Source of the DNA: an uncultured Chloroflexia bacterium
GTDB lineage: Bacteria > Chloroflexota > Limnocylindria > Limnocylindrales > CSP1-4
Length of the DNA stretch: 64,000 nucleotides
Assembly: GCA_963809375.1 (NCBI GenBank)
Contig: CAWEJO010000008.1
Coordinates: 69,075-133,074 of the forward strand
Direction of reading: 5' to 3'
Shown here: positions 1-9,625 of the stretch, piece after piece
Layout of the letters: each line of letters begins with the position of its first letter
Position numbering within the stretch: the stretch's first letter is position 1
The notes under the pieces: generated by a model
What the model was told of the DNA's origin: nothing
Database searches by the model: none
Seen by the model: the letters and a program-made list of their open reading frames with translations, nothing else
Position numbers and translations under genes: made by a program

Positions 1-739
1 CACGGGCGGGACGACCGTGGCAGCGATGGAGTAGGTCCGGGTCGCGGGGTCGGTCACGAACGGGGCTGTCCCGAGGGGGATCACGTCGCTCGCGACCGGG
101 GCCGTCGCGGGCGCCGGGAACACGAACTGGTCCGTGCCGGTTGCGACATCGAGCGGGATGCCCTGGCCGTACCAGGCGATGACGTCGCCGGCGAGGACGG
201 CGAAGGGGCCCGCCGGCGAACGTGGCAAGCTCGCTGACGAGCGGGTCGGCAAGCGCCGGCATGGTGAGCAGGCCGCTGTCGAAGGCGACCGTGTACTCAC
301 CCGGATTGGCCGTCGGGCGGAGCACGTACGCATGGAACGTGTTCGCCGCGGACGGCGTCATCGGATCGGCCTGGTTCCAGACCTGGAAGTTGCTCAGGGT
401 GCCAGCCTGCAGGGGAGTCCCGGAGACCACTCCGAAGACGACCCCCGTGTCGGTCGCGAAGGCCCGCGGGGTCAGCTGGTTGCCGATCACCACGGGGGTA
501 GGCAGGGCGGGCGACGCGATCGACACGATCGCGTTGGCGAGCACCTGCGGGCTGTTCGCCCAGTTCGAGTACGGACCGAAGTAGTGGGGAACCTTGGTCT
601 CGTCTGTCGGGCTGCTGGGAAGGGTGCTGTTCGTCGCCGCAGGAGCGGCGGCGGTCGGCTTCGGCTGGGCAATGGCCGGCGTGACGACGGTCGCGCACAT
701 CGCGAACGCCATCACCGTGGCCAGGAACCTCCGTCTCAT
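1..739 (-). CDS. N-terminal part (runs off window) of a large secreted protein, probably a Geobacter OmpB-like large multicopper oxidase
   Basis: ATG at 739 with GGGAG RBS; signal peptide MRRRFLATVMAFAMCATVVTPAIAQ; motif DETKVPHYFGPYSNWANSP, which I recall from N-termini of large multicopper oxidases; one frameshift near 205; missing from the ORF track; Cu motifs lie outside the window. Confidence 0.55.
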   Translation of the reverse strand, partial: MRRRFLATVMAFAMCATVVTPAIAQPKPTAAAPAATNSTLPSSPTDETKVPHYFGPYSNWANSPQVLANAIVSIASPALPTPVVIGNQLTPRAFATDTGVVFGVVSGTPLQAGTLSNFQVWNQADPMTPSAANTFHAYVLRPTANPGEYTVAFDSGLLTMPALADPLVSELATFAGGPLRRPRRRRHRLVRPGHPARCRNRHGPVRVPGARDGPGRERRDPPRDSPVRDRPRDPDLLHRCHGRPAR

Positions 740-1262
740 CTGTACTCCCTCTCTCGCGCCGTTGGGGGACGGGGCGAGCTGATCGATGGGGCGCTGCCGC
801 CATGCGGGCTCGGGCCGCTATCGGTGGGCCTGGGTGGCCCTCTGTACGTGGTGAGCGTCGTGACGCTCCGGGCTCCAGCCCTCCCGCACGGGGCCTCGCG
901 CTTCGACGGGCTCTCCCGCGGGACGGTGTCGTGATCCTCTGCCTCTCTGTGCTCCGTCGCCTCCGTGCTCCGCCTAATTCCCGCATCCAGGCGCGCGCAT
1001 TGCATGCACGCGCGAGGCCTGCGGCCACGTCGTTGTAATGCGAATGTAGTGAGGACGACGTAGGTCGAAATCCGGGCGACCACGGACCGGGGTACGGACT
1101 CGCGACTGCGTAGCCGGGGGCCAATCGCCCTGGGGTCCGGGGACCAGCGGCGGGCGGCGCGATTTCCCGCGTGAGCCGGGGGCCGATGGTGACCGGTGGA
1201 CCCGGGCGACGGGCCATCCGGCCATGGCGCGGTCCGGCGGGCCGAGCCGAGACTCGGGCACC

Positions 1263-2825
1263 ATGTCCACTCTGCGTCCCCGGCTCCCGCTCCGCAGTCC
1301 CCTTGCCGGCGTCGTTCTGGCGTTCGCGCTCGCGAGCGTCGGCGGAATCGCGGTCGGAGCGCTCGGCTACGCCGCGATGGCCGGCCCGACCCCGGCGCCG
1401 ACGGCGTCACACCCTCCGATCGCGTGGCCAGTCACGGGTCCGGCCACCGGCGTCGCGCAAGTCAATGCCGCGCCGGCCCTGGCCCTGACCGACCAGGAGG
1501 GCAGGCCATTCGAGCTCGCGACCCTGCGAGGCAAGCCCGCCCTCGTCTTCTTCGGCTACACGCACTGCCCCGACGTGTGCCCGACGACCCTCGCTGACGC
1601 GCGCGACGCGCTCAAGCGGAGCGCTGCCCCGTTCGCGATCGTGTTCGTCTCGATCGACCCCGACCGTGACACGCCGGCCGAAATGAAGAAGTTCGTCGGC
1701 TATTACGACATCCCGATCGTCGGCCTGACCGGATCGCCGACGGAGATCCGGGTCGCCGCTGACGCGTGGGGAGCCCGGTACGCCAAGCTCGACGAGGGAG
1801 GGACGTCCGGGTACGCAATGGCCCACACGGCGGACGCCTACCTGGTCGACGCCAACGGCATGCTCCGTGACGTGATCCCGTTCGGGGCCGGGGCGGACGT
1901 GATGGTCGATCGCGTCGACGGCCGCGGCGGCCATCCCGATCGTCGCCGCGGCGGGCCCAGGCCCCGCGACAGCCCCGGGAGGACCGGCAACGAGCCCTGC
2001 GGCGTCGGCGTCGAACCTCAACGCGGCGCTCCTCACGACGGTGATCCGCGAAGGCCGGCAACCGCCTCGTCATCACGATCGCGGACGCGGCCAACCGGCA
2101 GGCTCGCCGACCCGGCGATCGACCTGGATGTCGTGGTGCGCTCCACGGACCGGCCCGCCGAGCAGCCGATCACGGTGGCCGGCCGGTTCATCTGGATCAT
2201 GCGCGGCTCGATGGGTGGCTACGTCGCGGACATCACGTTCCCGTCGGCGGGCAGCTACCGCGCGTCGGTGAGCGCGACGACGACGGCCGGAACCCTCGGG
2301 CCGGTCGAGCTGCCGATCGCGGTGGCCACGTCCAGGCCCGTCGTGGGCACCGGTGAGCTGGCCCCCTCGTTCGACTACGCCGACCGCGTGCCGGCGCTGG
2401 GGGGCATGCTCAGCGCCATCTCGACCGATCTCTACCCGATGGATCGCCTGTACGAGTACTCCGTCGCACGGCTGCTGGCGAAGCACCGCCCGTTCGTGCT
2501 GGTGTTCTACTCGCCGACCTTCTGCCCGAACACGGAGTGCGGCCCGCTGCTCCCCAACATCAAGAGCGTGGCGCGGGACTTCCCCGACTTCGCGTTCGTG
2601 CACGTGGAGCCGTACGTCATGGAGGATTCCGGTGGCGGGAGGATCCAGCCGGTGATCCGCGACGGCAAGTTCGTCTGGGCGCCCTGGAGCGTCGCCTACG
2701 GGATCCCGATCGAGCCGTGGATCTTCGTCGTCGGCGCGGACGGCCGGGTGGCGACGAGCTACGAGCTGATCGTGGGCACCGACGAGCTTCGCGCGGCGAT
2801 CCGGTCGGTCGAGGGCGGTTCGTAG
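1263..2825 (+). CDS. SCO1/SenC copper chaperone fused to an Ig-like segment and a C-terminal thioredoxin-like domain
   Basis: N-terminal TM; FFGYTHCPDVCPTTL (CxxxC) and MAHTAD His; C-terminal FYSPTFCPNTECGP...EPWIFVV; compensating frameshifts at about 1920-2100. Confidence 0.8.
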   Translation: MSTLRPRLPLRSPLAGVVLAFALASVGGIAVGALGYAAMAGPTPAPTASHPPIAWPVTGPATGVAQVNAAPALALTDQEGRPFELATLRGKPALVFFGYTHCPDVCPTTLADARDALKRSAAPFAIVFVSIDPDRDTPAEMKKFVGYYDIPIVGLTGSPTEIRVAADAWGARYAKLDEGGTSGYAMAHTADAYLVDANGMLRDVIPFGAGADVMVDRVDGRGGHPDRRRGGPRPRDSPGRTGNEPCGVGVEPQRGAPHDGDPRRPATASSSRSRTRPTGRLADPAIDLDVVVRSTDRPAEQPITVAGRFIWIMRGSMGGYVADITFPSAGSYRASVSATTTAGTLGPVELPIAVATSRPVVGTGELAPSFDYADRVPALGGMLSAISTDLYPMDRLYEYSVARLLAKHRPFVLVFYSPTFCPNTECGPLLPNIKSVARDFPDFAFVHVEPYVMEDSGGGRIQPVIRDGKFVWAPWSVAYGIPIEPWIFVVGADGRVATSYELIVGTDELRAAIRSVEGGS

Positions 2826-2941
2826 CGACGCATGTGGCCGCCTCGCCGGCGGCCGCGCTTCGGCGGGTCCGGGGCGAAGCGCGAGCGCGCGGTCACCGGC
2901 CACGCCGGGCACGCCGATTCGGTCAGGCGTGCCGGCCTGGC

Positions 2942-4084
2942 CTACTTCAGGAGGCTGATCACGTTGGCGACCAGGCTCGTGTCGCCGGTCTGGATCGCGT
3001 ACACCACGCCGTTCAGCGTGTAGAAGTACACCGGCGGCCCCTTCGAGTAGGAGATCTTCGTGAGCGGGTGGCCCGCGATCGTGATCGTCGAGCTCTCCGC
3101 GCCCGCAGCAGTGTTGCTCAGCTGGCTCGCGATCAGGGCCTGCGCGAGCGGCGCGGCATCCAGGCCCGGGACGCGATAGGCGAACATGCTCAGGTCGAGC
3201 GTGCCCGCGGGATCGTAGCCACCGGCGATCTGGAGGTCGGCCGCGGTCTTGCCGAGCTTCTGGAGCGATGCCACGAGGGCCTGGCTTGCGGCGCTGGTCC
3301 CCAGGGCGGTCGACCCGAGCACGCTCTGGGTGGCGAGCGGGTTGCCCCCGACGGCGGCCGGGAGGAGCTTCTCGAGGTCGGGCGCCGCGTGGCTCGGCGG
3401 CGCCGCCGACCCGCTCGGTGCGGGGCTGGACGGCGGCGCCGACGGGGTCGCTGCGCCCGCGGCGGCGTCGGATGGTCGCGGGATCGGTGAAGGCTGGGCG
3501 ACCGGCGAGGCATCGGCGCTGACCGCGAGCGCGCGGACCATCGCGGCATCGATCGTCCGGCCGATCGACTCGAGCGTGGCGCGGTCCACCGACGTCGACG
3601 CGGTCAGGTCGGCGATCAGGGCGCCGCGCCGGATGTCGAGCGTCGTCGTCGAGCCGTCCGCGCTGGACACGTAGAACAATTCGTCGCCCAGGGTCGGGAA
3701 CCCGACGTCGGTGGCGCCCGCGGCGAGGGCCCCTTCATGGGCCCGGCGGAGCGCGAGCCCGGCAGTGCCCTCGTAGCAGCTGACGCTCGAGAAGACGGCC
3801 GGCTGCTGGCTCGAGCCGGACGGCAGCGGCCCCGAGAGCGCGGTCGAGAGGTTGTCCACGAAGATCCGGTTCGACTCCATCGACCAGCCCGCGGGCAGCG
3901 CCGCCCCGTCGGGGAGCGCCTTCCAGGCGACCGTCGTGCAGCCGGAGGCGTCCGGGCCCCGCGCCGCGACGAACAGGGCCCCGGCCGCGATGGCCGTTGC
4001 GACGACGCTCAGGATCGCCGTCAGGACGATGGCCCGGCCCGTCGTGGAAGCCGTCCCTGGACCCTGGCTCTGCCTTCGGCTCAT
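2942..4084 (-). CDS. hypothetical membrane-anchored exported protein with a Pro/Ser/Ala linker
   Basis: ATG 4084 (MSRRQSQG), TM segment AIVLTAILSVVATAIAAGALFVAA, two globular domains, strong GC3 bias. Confidence 0.75.
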   Translation of the reverse strand: MSRRQSQGPGTASTTGRAIVLTAILSVVATAIAAGALFVAARGPDASGCTTVAWKALPDGAALPAGWSMESNRIFVDNLSTALSGPLPSGSSQQPAVFSSVSCYEGTAGLALRRAHEGALAAGATDVGFPTLGDELFYVSSADGSTTTLDIRRGALIADLTASTSVDRATLESIGRTIDAAMVRALAVSADASPVAQPSPIPRPSDAAAGAATPSAPPSSPAPSGSAAPPSHAAPDLEKLLPAAVGGNPLATQSVLGSTALGTSAASQALVASLQKLGKTAADLQIAGGYDPAGTLDLSMFAYRVPGLDAAPLAQALIASQLSNTAAGAESSTITIAGHPLTKISYSKGPPVYFYTLNGVVYAIQTGDTSLVANVISLLK

Positions 4085-4430
4085 GCGGTCGAACGCCCCG
4101 TCTGCTCTGTCCCTGGTTGCCCTGCCCGGGTGGCGGACCTGACGATGCCGCCAGGGGTCATCGGCTCGTGCGATCCGGGACCCGGCTCTCGACTCCGATC
4201 GATCGGGGTCCTGAGCACCCGCGCGTCCGAACGAACGCGGGCCTGACCCGTCGACCGCCGGGCGCCACAGGGTGCCGCGTCGGCGATGGATGCCGGCAGA
4301 GTGTAGGTGGTCCGCGCTCGGCACGCCGGCTGATGACGAAATGGCGGCCGTCCACGTAGCCGGAAACCCGTACCGGCATCGGTACTCGCCCGCATCCCCT
4401 CGCGCGCAGGACAGGGTAGCGTCAGAGTCT

Positions 4431-4930
4431 ATGGAGGAGGCCGGTCGCAGCCGCTCTACGAGTTCGCGCGTGGTCCGCGACACCGACGCCCGGCCTCGCG
4501 CGATCGAGGACGAGGTCGCCGCGACGGAGGCGCGCAGGCGCTACCGGACCGAGCCGATGGCGTCCGTCTCGCACGACGCTGCGCTCGATGGTGTCCTTCG
4601 CCCGGGGGAGGTCGTCCTCGCGGTCCGCCGGGCAGCGAGTGTCGGCCACGGGACGCCCGCGGTCGATCGACTGACCCGCGAGCGCATGACGGACATGTTC
4701 CTCACGTCCGAGCGCCTCGTCATCGGCTGCGAACGGGCGATCTCCATCGAGCTTGCCGAGATCGTCGACGCCATCGTGGTCCGCGGCCGGCTCGTCCTCA
4801 TCCTTCGCGACGGGTCGTCCGTCTCGCTCGCCGTCGAGCGCCCGCGCGTCCTGCGGGTGGAGATCGCGACGGCTCGGGTGGCGGCTCGCCCGCCCGCGAG
4901 CGCGGCCCACCCGGGGCCATGCCCGTCACG
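4431..4930 (+). CDS. hypothetical protein (possible PH-like fold); 3' end uncertain
   Basis: beta-rich segment MFLTSERLVIG...ISIELAEIVDAIVVRGRLVLILRDGSSVSL; the frame runs on into the antisense of the next gene. Confidence 0.45.
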
Positions 4931-5594
4931 CCTGGTCGCGGAACCGGCGGGCGGCATCGGCCCGGTTCCGGGCGTGGAGCTTGTGCAGGATGCTGCTGAC
5001 GTGGGTCTCGACGGTCCGGGGCGAGACCGTCAGGACGCCGGCGATCTCGCGGTCGGTGAGCCCGCCGGCCAGTAGGCGCAGGACATCGAGCTCGCGGGAG
5101 CTCAGGCTCGCCATCTCCGGGTCGTCGGAGCCCGGCGCGGTCCGGCTGCCAACCTGCGCGAGGCGGTGGATCACGCGGAGCGCCATCCTGCGATCCATGG
5201 CCAGCTCGCCGCGGTGCACCCCCCGAACGGCGCGCAGCAGGGCTGCCGGGTCGAGGTCCTTGGTGAGGTAGCCGGAGGCGCCGAACCGGATCGCCTCGAC
5301 GATGCCCCGTTCCGCCGATGACACCGACAGCATCACGATCCGGGTGTCGGGCAGCCGGGGCGCGAGCTCGCGCATCATCCGGATGCCGTCCATCCCCGGC
5401 AGGTCCACGTCGAGGAGGAGGACGTCGGGACGCACCCGGGGCGCGAGGTCGAGGGCTTCCTCGGCGGTGGACGCCTCGGCCACGACCTCGACGTCGGGGG
5501 CGCTCAGGGCCTGGCGGATGGCGGCCCGGACGAGGGCATGGTCGTCGACCAGCATGACGCGCAGGTGACTCGATCGAGCCCGCTCGGGCGTCAT
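4926..5594 (-). CDS. NarL/LuxR-family response regulator
   Basis: VMLVDDH, LLDVDLPG, GYLTK receiver; LSSRELDVL...SPRTVETHVSSIL LuxR HTH; ATGA overlap with the kinase. Confidence 0.95.
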   Translation of the reverse strand: MTPERARSSHLRVMLVDDHALVRAAIRQALSAPDVEVVAEASTAEEALDLAPRVRPDVLLLDVDLPGMDGIRMMRELAPRLPDTRIVMLSVSSAERGIVEAIRFGASGYLTKDLDPAALLRAVRGVHRGELAMDRRMALRVIHRLAQVGSRTAPGSDDPEMASLSSRELDVLRLLAGGLTDREIAGVLTVSPRTVETHVSSILHKLHARNRADAARRFRDQA

Positions 5595-7120
5595 GCGGGC
5601 TGCGCCGAATCAGGATCCGCGGCGACCGGTACCAGGACCTCGATGAGCGTGCCGTCCTGCGGATGCGACGTGATCGTCATCTCGCCGCGGGCGAGCCCCG
5701 CTCGCTCGCGCATGCCGGCAACGCCGTAGTGGCCTTCGCCGATCGCGTCGGGGTCGAAGCCGACGCCGTTGTCCCGGATCGACATGCGGACGTTCCCGTC
5801 GCGGTGCTCGACGCGGATGCTCACCAGCGTCGCGTCCGCGTGGCGGGCGACGTTGCTGAGCCCTTCCTGGGCGATCCGCAGGAGCTCCGACTCCGTGCGG
5901 GCGCCGAGGTGCGGTAGCTCGGTCGGGCATTCGAGCTCGGTCCGGATTCCGAAGCGATCCTCGAACTCCTCGATGCTGCGCACCAGGAGCTCGCGGAACG
6001 AGCTGCTCGTACGGCTCGTCATCCGCAGCGTCTCGACCGCGTTGCGGGCCTCGGCGAGGCCCGCCTCGATCGCGCCATCGAGCTCGTAGCTCAGGACGCT
6101 CGCCTCAGGGCTCAGGTCGGGCAGCGCGACCAGGCGGGCCGCCTTGAGCTTGGCCAGCCAGAGGTCCTGGGCGAGGCCGTCGTGGAGCTCGCGCGAGAGC
6201 TTGGTGCGCTCCTCGAGCGCCGCCCGGTCGGCCTCGGCGTTCCTGAGTCGTTCGAGAGTCTCGTTCGCCCGCCGCAGCTCGTCGAGCGACCTGCGCGCCT
6301 CGGCCTCGATGGCCAGCACGAGCATGAGCCCGAAGAAGAGCCAGAGGATGTCCGAGCTGGCGACGCGGATCGGCTCGACCCCGGGAAAGGCCGCCTCGTG
6401 GATCTGGGCGAACGATGCGACGATCAGCCCGAGCGCCAGGTACGCGTCCGCCACGACATGGTCGCGCCGCCACAGGCGGCGGCACAGCTCGCCGGCCGTC
6501 ATCGTCAGGACGGCACCGATCATCTGGATGCTGACACCGAACGGCGTGGCGGTCGCCGCGCCCGACTGGCCGTCGCCGGGTACGACGAGCTCAGGCAGCC
6601 TGTCGCCGGCGACCTGGACGACGACGACGGCCGCGAGGATCGCGATCGTGGGGATCGCCAGGATGACGTAGGGATGCCGTGGCCGGACGCCGCGCAGCGA
6701 TGCGACGCCTCCGATCACGAGGGTGGCCGCCGCGATGAGGCGACCCGCGCTGGTGAGGTAGAGCTCGGCCTCGCCGCCCTTCGCCAGGGCGTCGTCGGCC
6801 GCCGGCGGGGTCGCGATGGAGAACACCAGGCCCACCACGTACGCGATGGCCAGCGCCTGGAACGCCGCCGCCTGGAAGAGGGCGATCGGCTCGCGGCGCT
6901 CGCTGTAGCGGACCCAGCTGAGCAGGGAGACCGCCACCATCACGGCGCCCGCGATGGTGTCGAGCGCAAGGTCCAGGCTCGGAGCGAAGAAGTCCGCCGC
7001 ACCCGAGCGAAGCGTGGCGATGCCGAGCGTGATGCCCAGCAGGACGGTCAGGAACACGACCGCCGCCATGTCGAGGCGGTCGAACCGATAGCCCCTCCAC
7101 GCCTGGGTCCCGCGCATCAC
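5591..7120 (-). CDS. multi-TM sensor histidine kinase (HisKA_3 type)
   Basis: about 8 TM helices; ERTKLSRELHDGLAQ H-box; QEGLSNVARH, DNGVGF, GHYGVAGMRERA. Confidence 0.93.
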   Translation of the reverse strand: MMRGTQAWRGYRFDRLDMAAVVFLTVLLGITLGIATLRSGAADFFAPSLDLALDTIAGAVMVAVSLLSWVRYSERREPIALFQAAAFQALAIAYVVGLVFSIATPPAADDALAKGGEAELYLTSAGRLIAAATLVIGGVASLRGVRPRHPYVILAIPTIAILAAVVVVQVAGDRLPELVVPGDGQSGAATATPFGVSIQMIGAVLTMTAGELCRRLWRRDHVVADAYLALGLIVASFAQIHEAAFPGVEPIRVASSDILWLFFGLMLVLAIEAEARRSLDELRRANETLERLRNAEADRAALEERTKLSRELHDGLAQDLWLAKLKAARLVALPDLSPEASVLSYELDGAIEAGLAEARNAVETLRMTSRTSSSFRELLVRSIEEFEDRFGIRTELECPTELPHLGARTESELLRIAQEGLSNVARHADATLVSIRVEHRDGNVRMSIRDNGVGFDPDAIGEGHYGVAGMRERAGLARGEMTITSHPQDGTLIEVLVPVAADPDSAQPA

Positions 7121-7365
7121 GCGCGATCATTCGCATGCGCGAACCCGGAGCGCAAGTCCCAGTTGCAGCGTTCCGCCGGTCCCGTGCCATCTTCCGGCGC
7201 AACGGCACGCCGGGACCGGGCCGACCGGGGGGCCGCGGCGGGCCGCGCGACCCAGTCCGACGGGCCGGGCGGCCAGTGGTGACGCCCGCTGGACGTGCGC
7301 GCTCCGATCGATCGGCTGGCCGGGACGCGCCCGATCGGCTGGCCGGGACACGCCGCGCCCTTCCG

Positions 7366-8238
7366 TCAGGGGCGTTCGAGCCCGTGCGCCAGCAAGAACG
7401 CGTCGTCGGCGAGCACCTGCTCGGTGCGGCCGTCGCCGACGATCGTCCCGCCGTCCATCACGATCACGCGCGGAAAGACCTCCGCGACCAGGCGCATGTC
7501 GTGCGTCGAGACCAGCAGGGTCTGGGTCAGCGAGCGGAGCAGGCCGATCAGCTCGCGCCGGCCGCGCGGATCGAGGCCCGCGGACGGCTCGTCGAACACG
7601 AGCACGGTCGGGTCCATCGAGAGCACGGTCGCGAGCGCCACGCGCTTGCGCTGGCCGAGAGACAGGCGGTGGGGCAGCCGTCGCTCGAACCCCGCCATGC
7701 CGACGGCGGACAGGGCCCGCTCAACCCGGTCGTGGATCTCCGCCTCCGGGACGCCCATGTGGAGGGGACCGAACGCGACGTCGTCGAAGACCGTCGGCGA
7801 GAACAGCTGGTCGTCCGGCTCCTGGAACACGAGGCCAACCGCGGCGCGGATCCGCTTCACGGTCGACCGGCTGACCGCCTCACCCGCGATCCGCACGCTG
7901 CCGTGGGACGGCAGGTGGATCCCGTTGAGGTGCAGCATCAGGGTCGACTTGCCGGCCCCGTTGGGGCCGACCAGGGCCGCCTTCTCGCCCCGGGCGAGTC
8001 GCAGGTCGATCCCGTGGAGCGCCTCGAAGCCGTCGGGGTACGAGAAGTGGAGGTGCTCTACCTCGACCCACCGCGCGGCAAGGTCCGGCGGCGCGGGTCC
8101 GTCGCCTGACGGCGCGACTCCGTCGCCGGACGGCCCACCCGTCGTCGACACGGCCGGCTCGTGGGCATGCTCGTGGACGTGCGCCCCGGTGTCCGGGTGC
8201 GCGTGCTCGTGGACGTGCGGCTCGGATGGGCCGGTCAC
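7366..8238 (-). CDS. cbiO: ECF Ni/Co transporter ATPase (CbiO/NikO) with His-rich N-terminus
   Basis: GPNGAGKST, VFQEPDDQLF, LSLGQRKR, VFDEP; N-terminal HVHEHAH twice. Confidence 0.93.
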   Translation of the reverse strand: MTGPSEPHVHEHAHPDTGAHVHEHAHEPAVSTTGGPSGDGVAPSGDGPAPPDLAARWVEVEHLHFSYPDGFEALHGIDLRLARGEKAALVGPNGAGKSTLMLHLNGIHLPSHGSVRIAGEAVSRSTVKRIRAAVGLVFQEPDDQLFSPTVFDDVAFGPLHMGVPEAEIHDRVERALSAVGMAGFERRLPHRLSLGQRKRVALATVLSMDPTVLVFDEPSAGLDPRGRRELIGLLRSLTQTLLVSTHDMRLVAEVFPRVIVMDGGTIVGDGRTEQVLADDAFLLAHGLERP

Positions 8239-8257
8239 GCCGCTCCTCCGAAGGCGA

Positions 8258-9058
8258 TCATGCGTGCGGGAGCCATACCTGGCCGGCGACGGCGTAGGCG
8301 ACCAGCAGCCCCGTCCCGAGGGCGAACCACGCGACCTCGGAGCGGGCGATCGCGCGGCCGCCCAGCGACCGGAACTCGCCTTCGAAACCGCGCGCCAGCA
8401 TCGCCGCGTAGACGCGCTCGCTGCGCTCGTAGGACCGCAGGAAGAGCGAGCCGACCATCCCGCCGGTCACCCGGGCGCGCCAGAGGAGCGGTCCGCCGGA
8501 GCGTCGACCGGGCGCTTCGGCTGAGCGGCTTGCTCGCGCGCGGGCGAGCCTCGTCGCCTCGTCCGTCAGGACGGCCAGGTAGCGGTACATGAAGCCGATG
8601 ATCGCGACCATCACGCGCGGCAGGTGGAGGCGCCGGAGCGCCTCGACGAGGTCGGTGAACGGCGTGGTGAAGGAGAGCAGGAGGGCGGCCTGGACGCTGA
8701 TCCAGCTCTTGAGGGCGATCGTGGCGAACTCGCGGAGACCCTGCGCGGACACCGTGAGGACGATCGGGCCAAGGACGACGGTGCCCAGCGACTCGCCCGG
8801 CCGCGTGAAGACGAGGGGCAGCGCGGCGAGCATGAACGGCAGGGCGAAGAAGGCCGTGCGCGAGAGGCGGAAGAAGCCCAGCTTCGCGATGGTGGCCAGG
8901 ATCGCGAGCGCGAGCCAGGCCAGGCCGAGCGCCAGCCACGACCCGGTCGGGAGCAGGCTGATCGACACGATGCCGATGACCGTGAGCAGGAACTTCAGGC
9001 GCGCGTCGGCGCGATGGAGCGGGCTCTCCCGGGCGAGGAAGCGATCGAGGGCCAGCGC
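8258..9058 (-). CDS. cbiQ: ECF Ni/Co transporter T component (CbiQ/NikQ)
   Basis: SPLHRADARLK, FMYRYLAVL, ARASR, RSYERSERVYAAMLARGF; start codon not clean (about 9055-9061). Confidence 0.92.
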   Translation of the reverse strand, partial: ALALDRFLARESPLHRADARLKFLLTVIGIVSISLLPTGSWLALGLAWLALAILATIAKLGFFRLSRTAFFALPFMLAALPLVFTRPGESLGTVVLGPIVLTVSAQGLREFATIALKSWISVQAALLLSFTTPFTDLVEALRRLHLPRVMVAIIGFMYRYLAVLTDEATRLARARASRSAEAPGRRSGGPLLWRARVTGGMVGSLFLRSYERSERVYAAMLARGFEGEFRSLGGRAIARSEVAWFALGTGLLVAYAVAGQVWLPHA

Positions 9059-9061
9059 CGC

Positions 9062-9610
9062 CTACCGATCCGTGGTGGCGTCGGCGTCCGCGCGCCGGCG
9101 CCGGGCGAGGAGCCTGCCCAGCAGGAACACCGCCGCGACGACGATCGCCACCCCGATCAGCCCGGCGACGATCGTCGAAAGGCGGCCATCGAGGCCCGCG
9201 ATCGTGTAGCCCGGGATGACCTGGAACGGAGGATCCTGGGCGGCCTTCTCGAACCCCTGCTGGCGAGCGAGCGAATCAAGCCCGTCGGGATCGCCGGACG
9301 CGAGGGGCGCGAGGATCACGACCACGAGCGCCGCGATCGCCAGGCCGACGACCCACCACCACCGGCGAAGGGTCGCCCGCAACCCGGCCGGCGCGGGTCC
9401 GGCGGGTGTCGGAGGGGCCGCCGGCCGTTCGTGCAGGATTGGATCGGCCGCCGCAGCGGCGACCGGCGTCGGTTCGGCCGTGCCCTGCGCGTCGGCCGCG
9501 GCGACCGGAGTCGGCTCGGCCGCGCTCTGCGCGTCGGCCGTGCTCTGCGCGTCGGCCGCGCTCCAGGCTGTCGCCGTGTCCGACCCGGCTGGCAGGTTCA
9601 ATTCGGGCAC
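9062..9610 (-). CDS. PDGLE-domain Ni/Co transporter accessory subunit (NikN-like)
   Basis: ASGDPDGLDSL motif between two TM helices; Ala-rich repetitive N-terminus. Confidence 0.85.
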   Translation of the reverse strand: MPELNLPAGSDTATAWSAADAQSTADAQSAAEPTPVAAADAQGTAEPTPVAAAAADPILHERPAAPPTPAGPAPAGLRATLRRWWWVVGLAIAALVVVILAPLASGDPDGLDSLARQQGFEKAAQDPPFQVIPGYTIAGLDGRLSTIVAGLIGVAIVVAAVFLLGRLLARRRRADADATTDR

Positions 9611-9625
9611 CTCGGTCGCCCGCCC

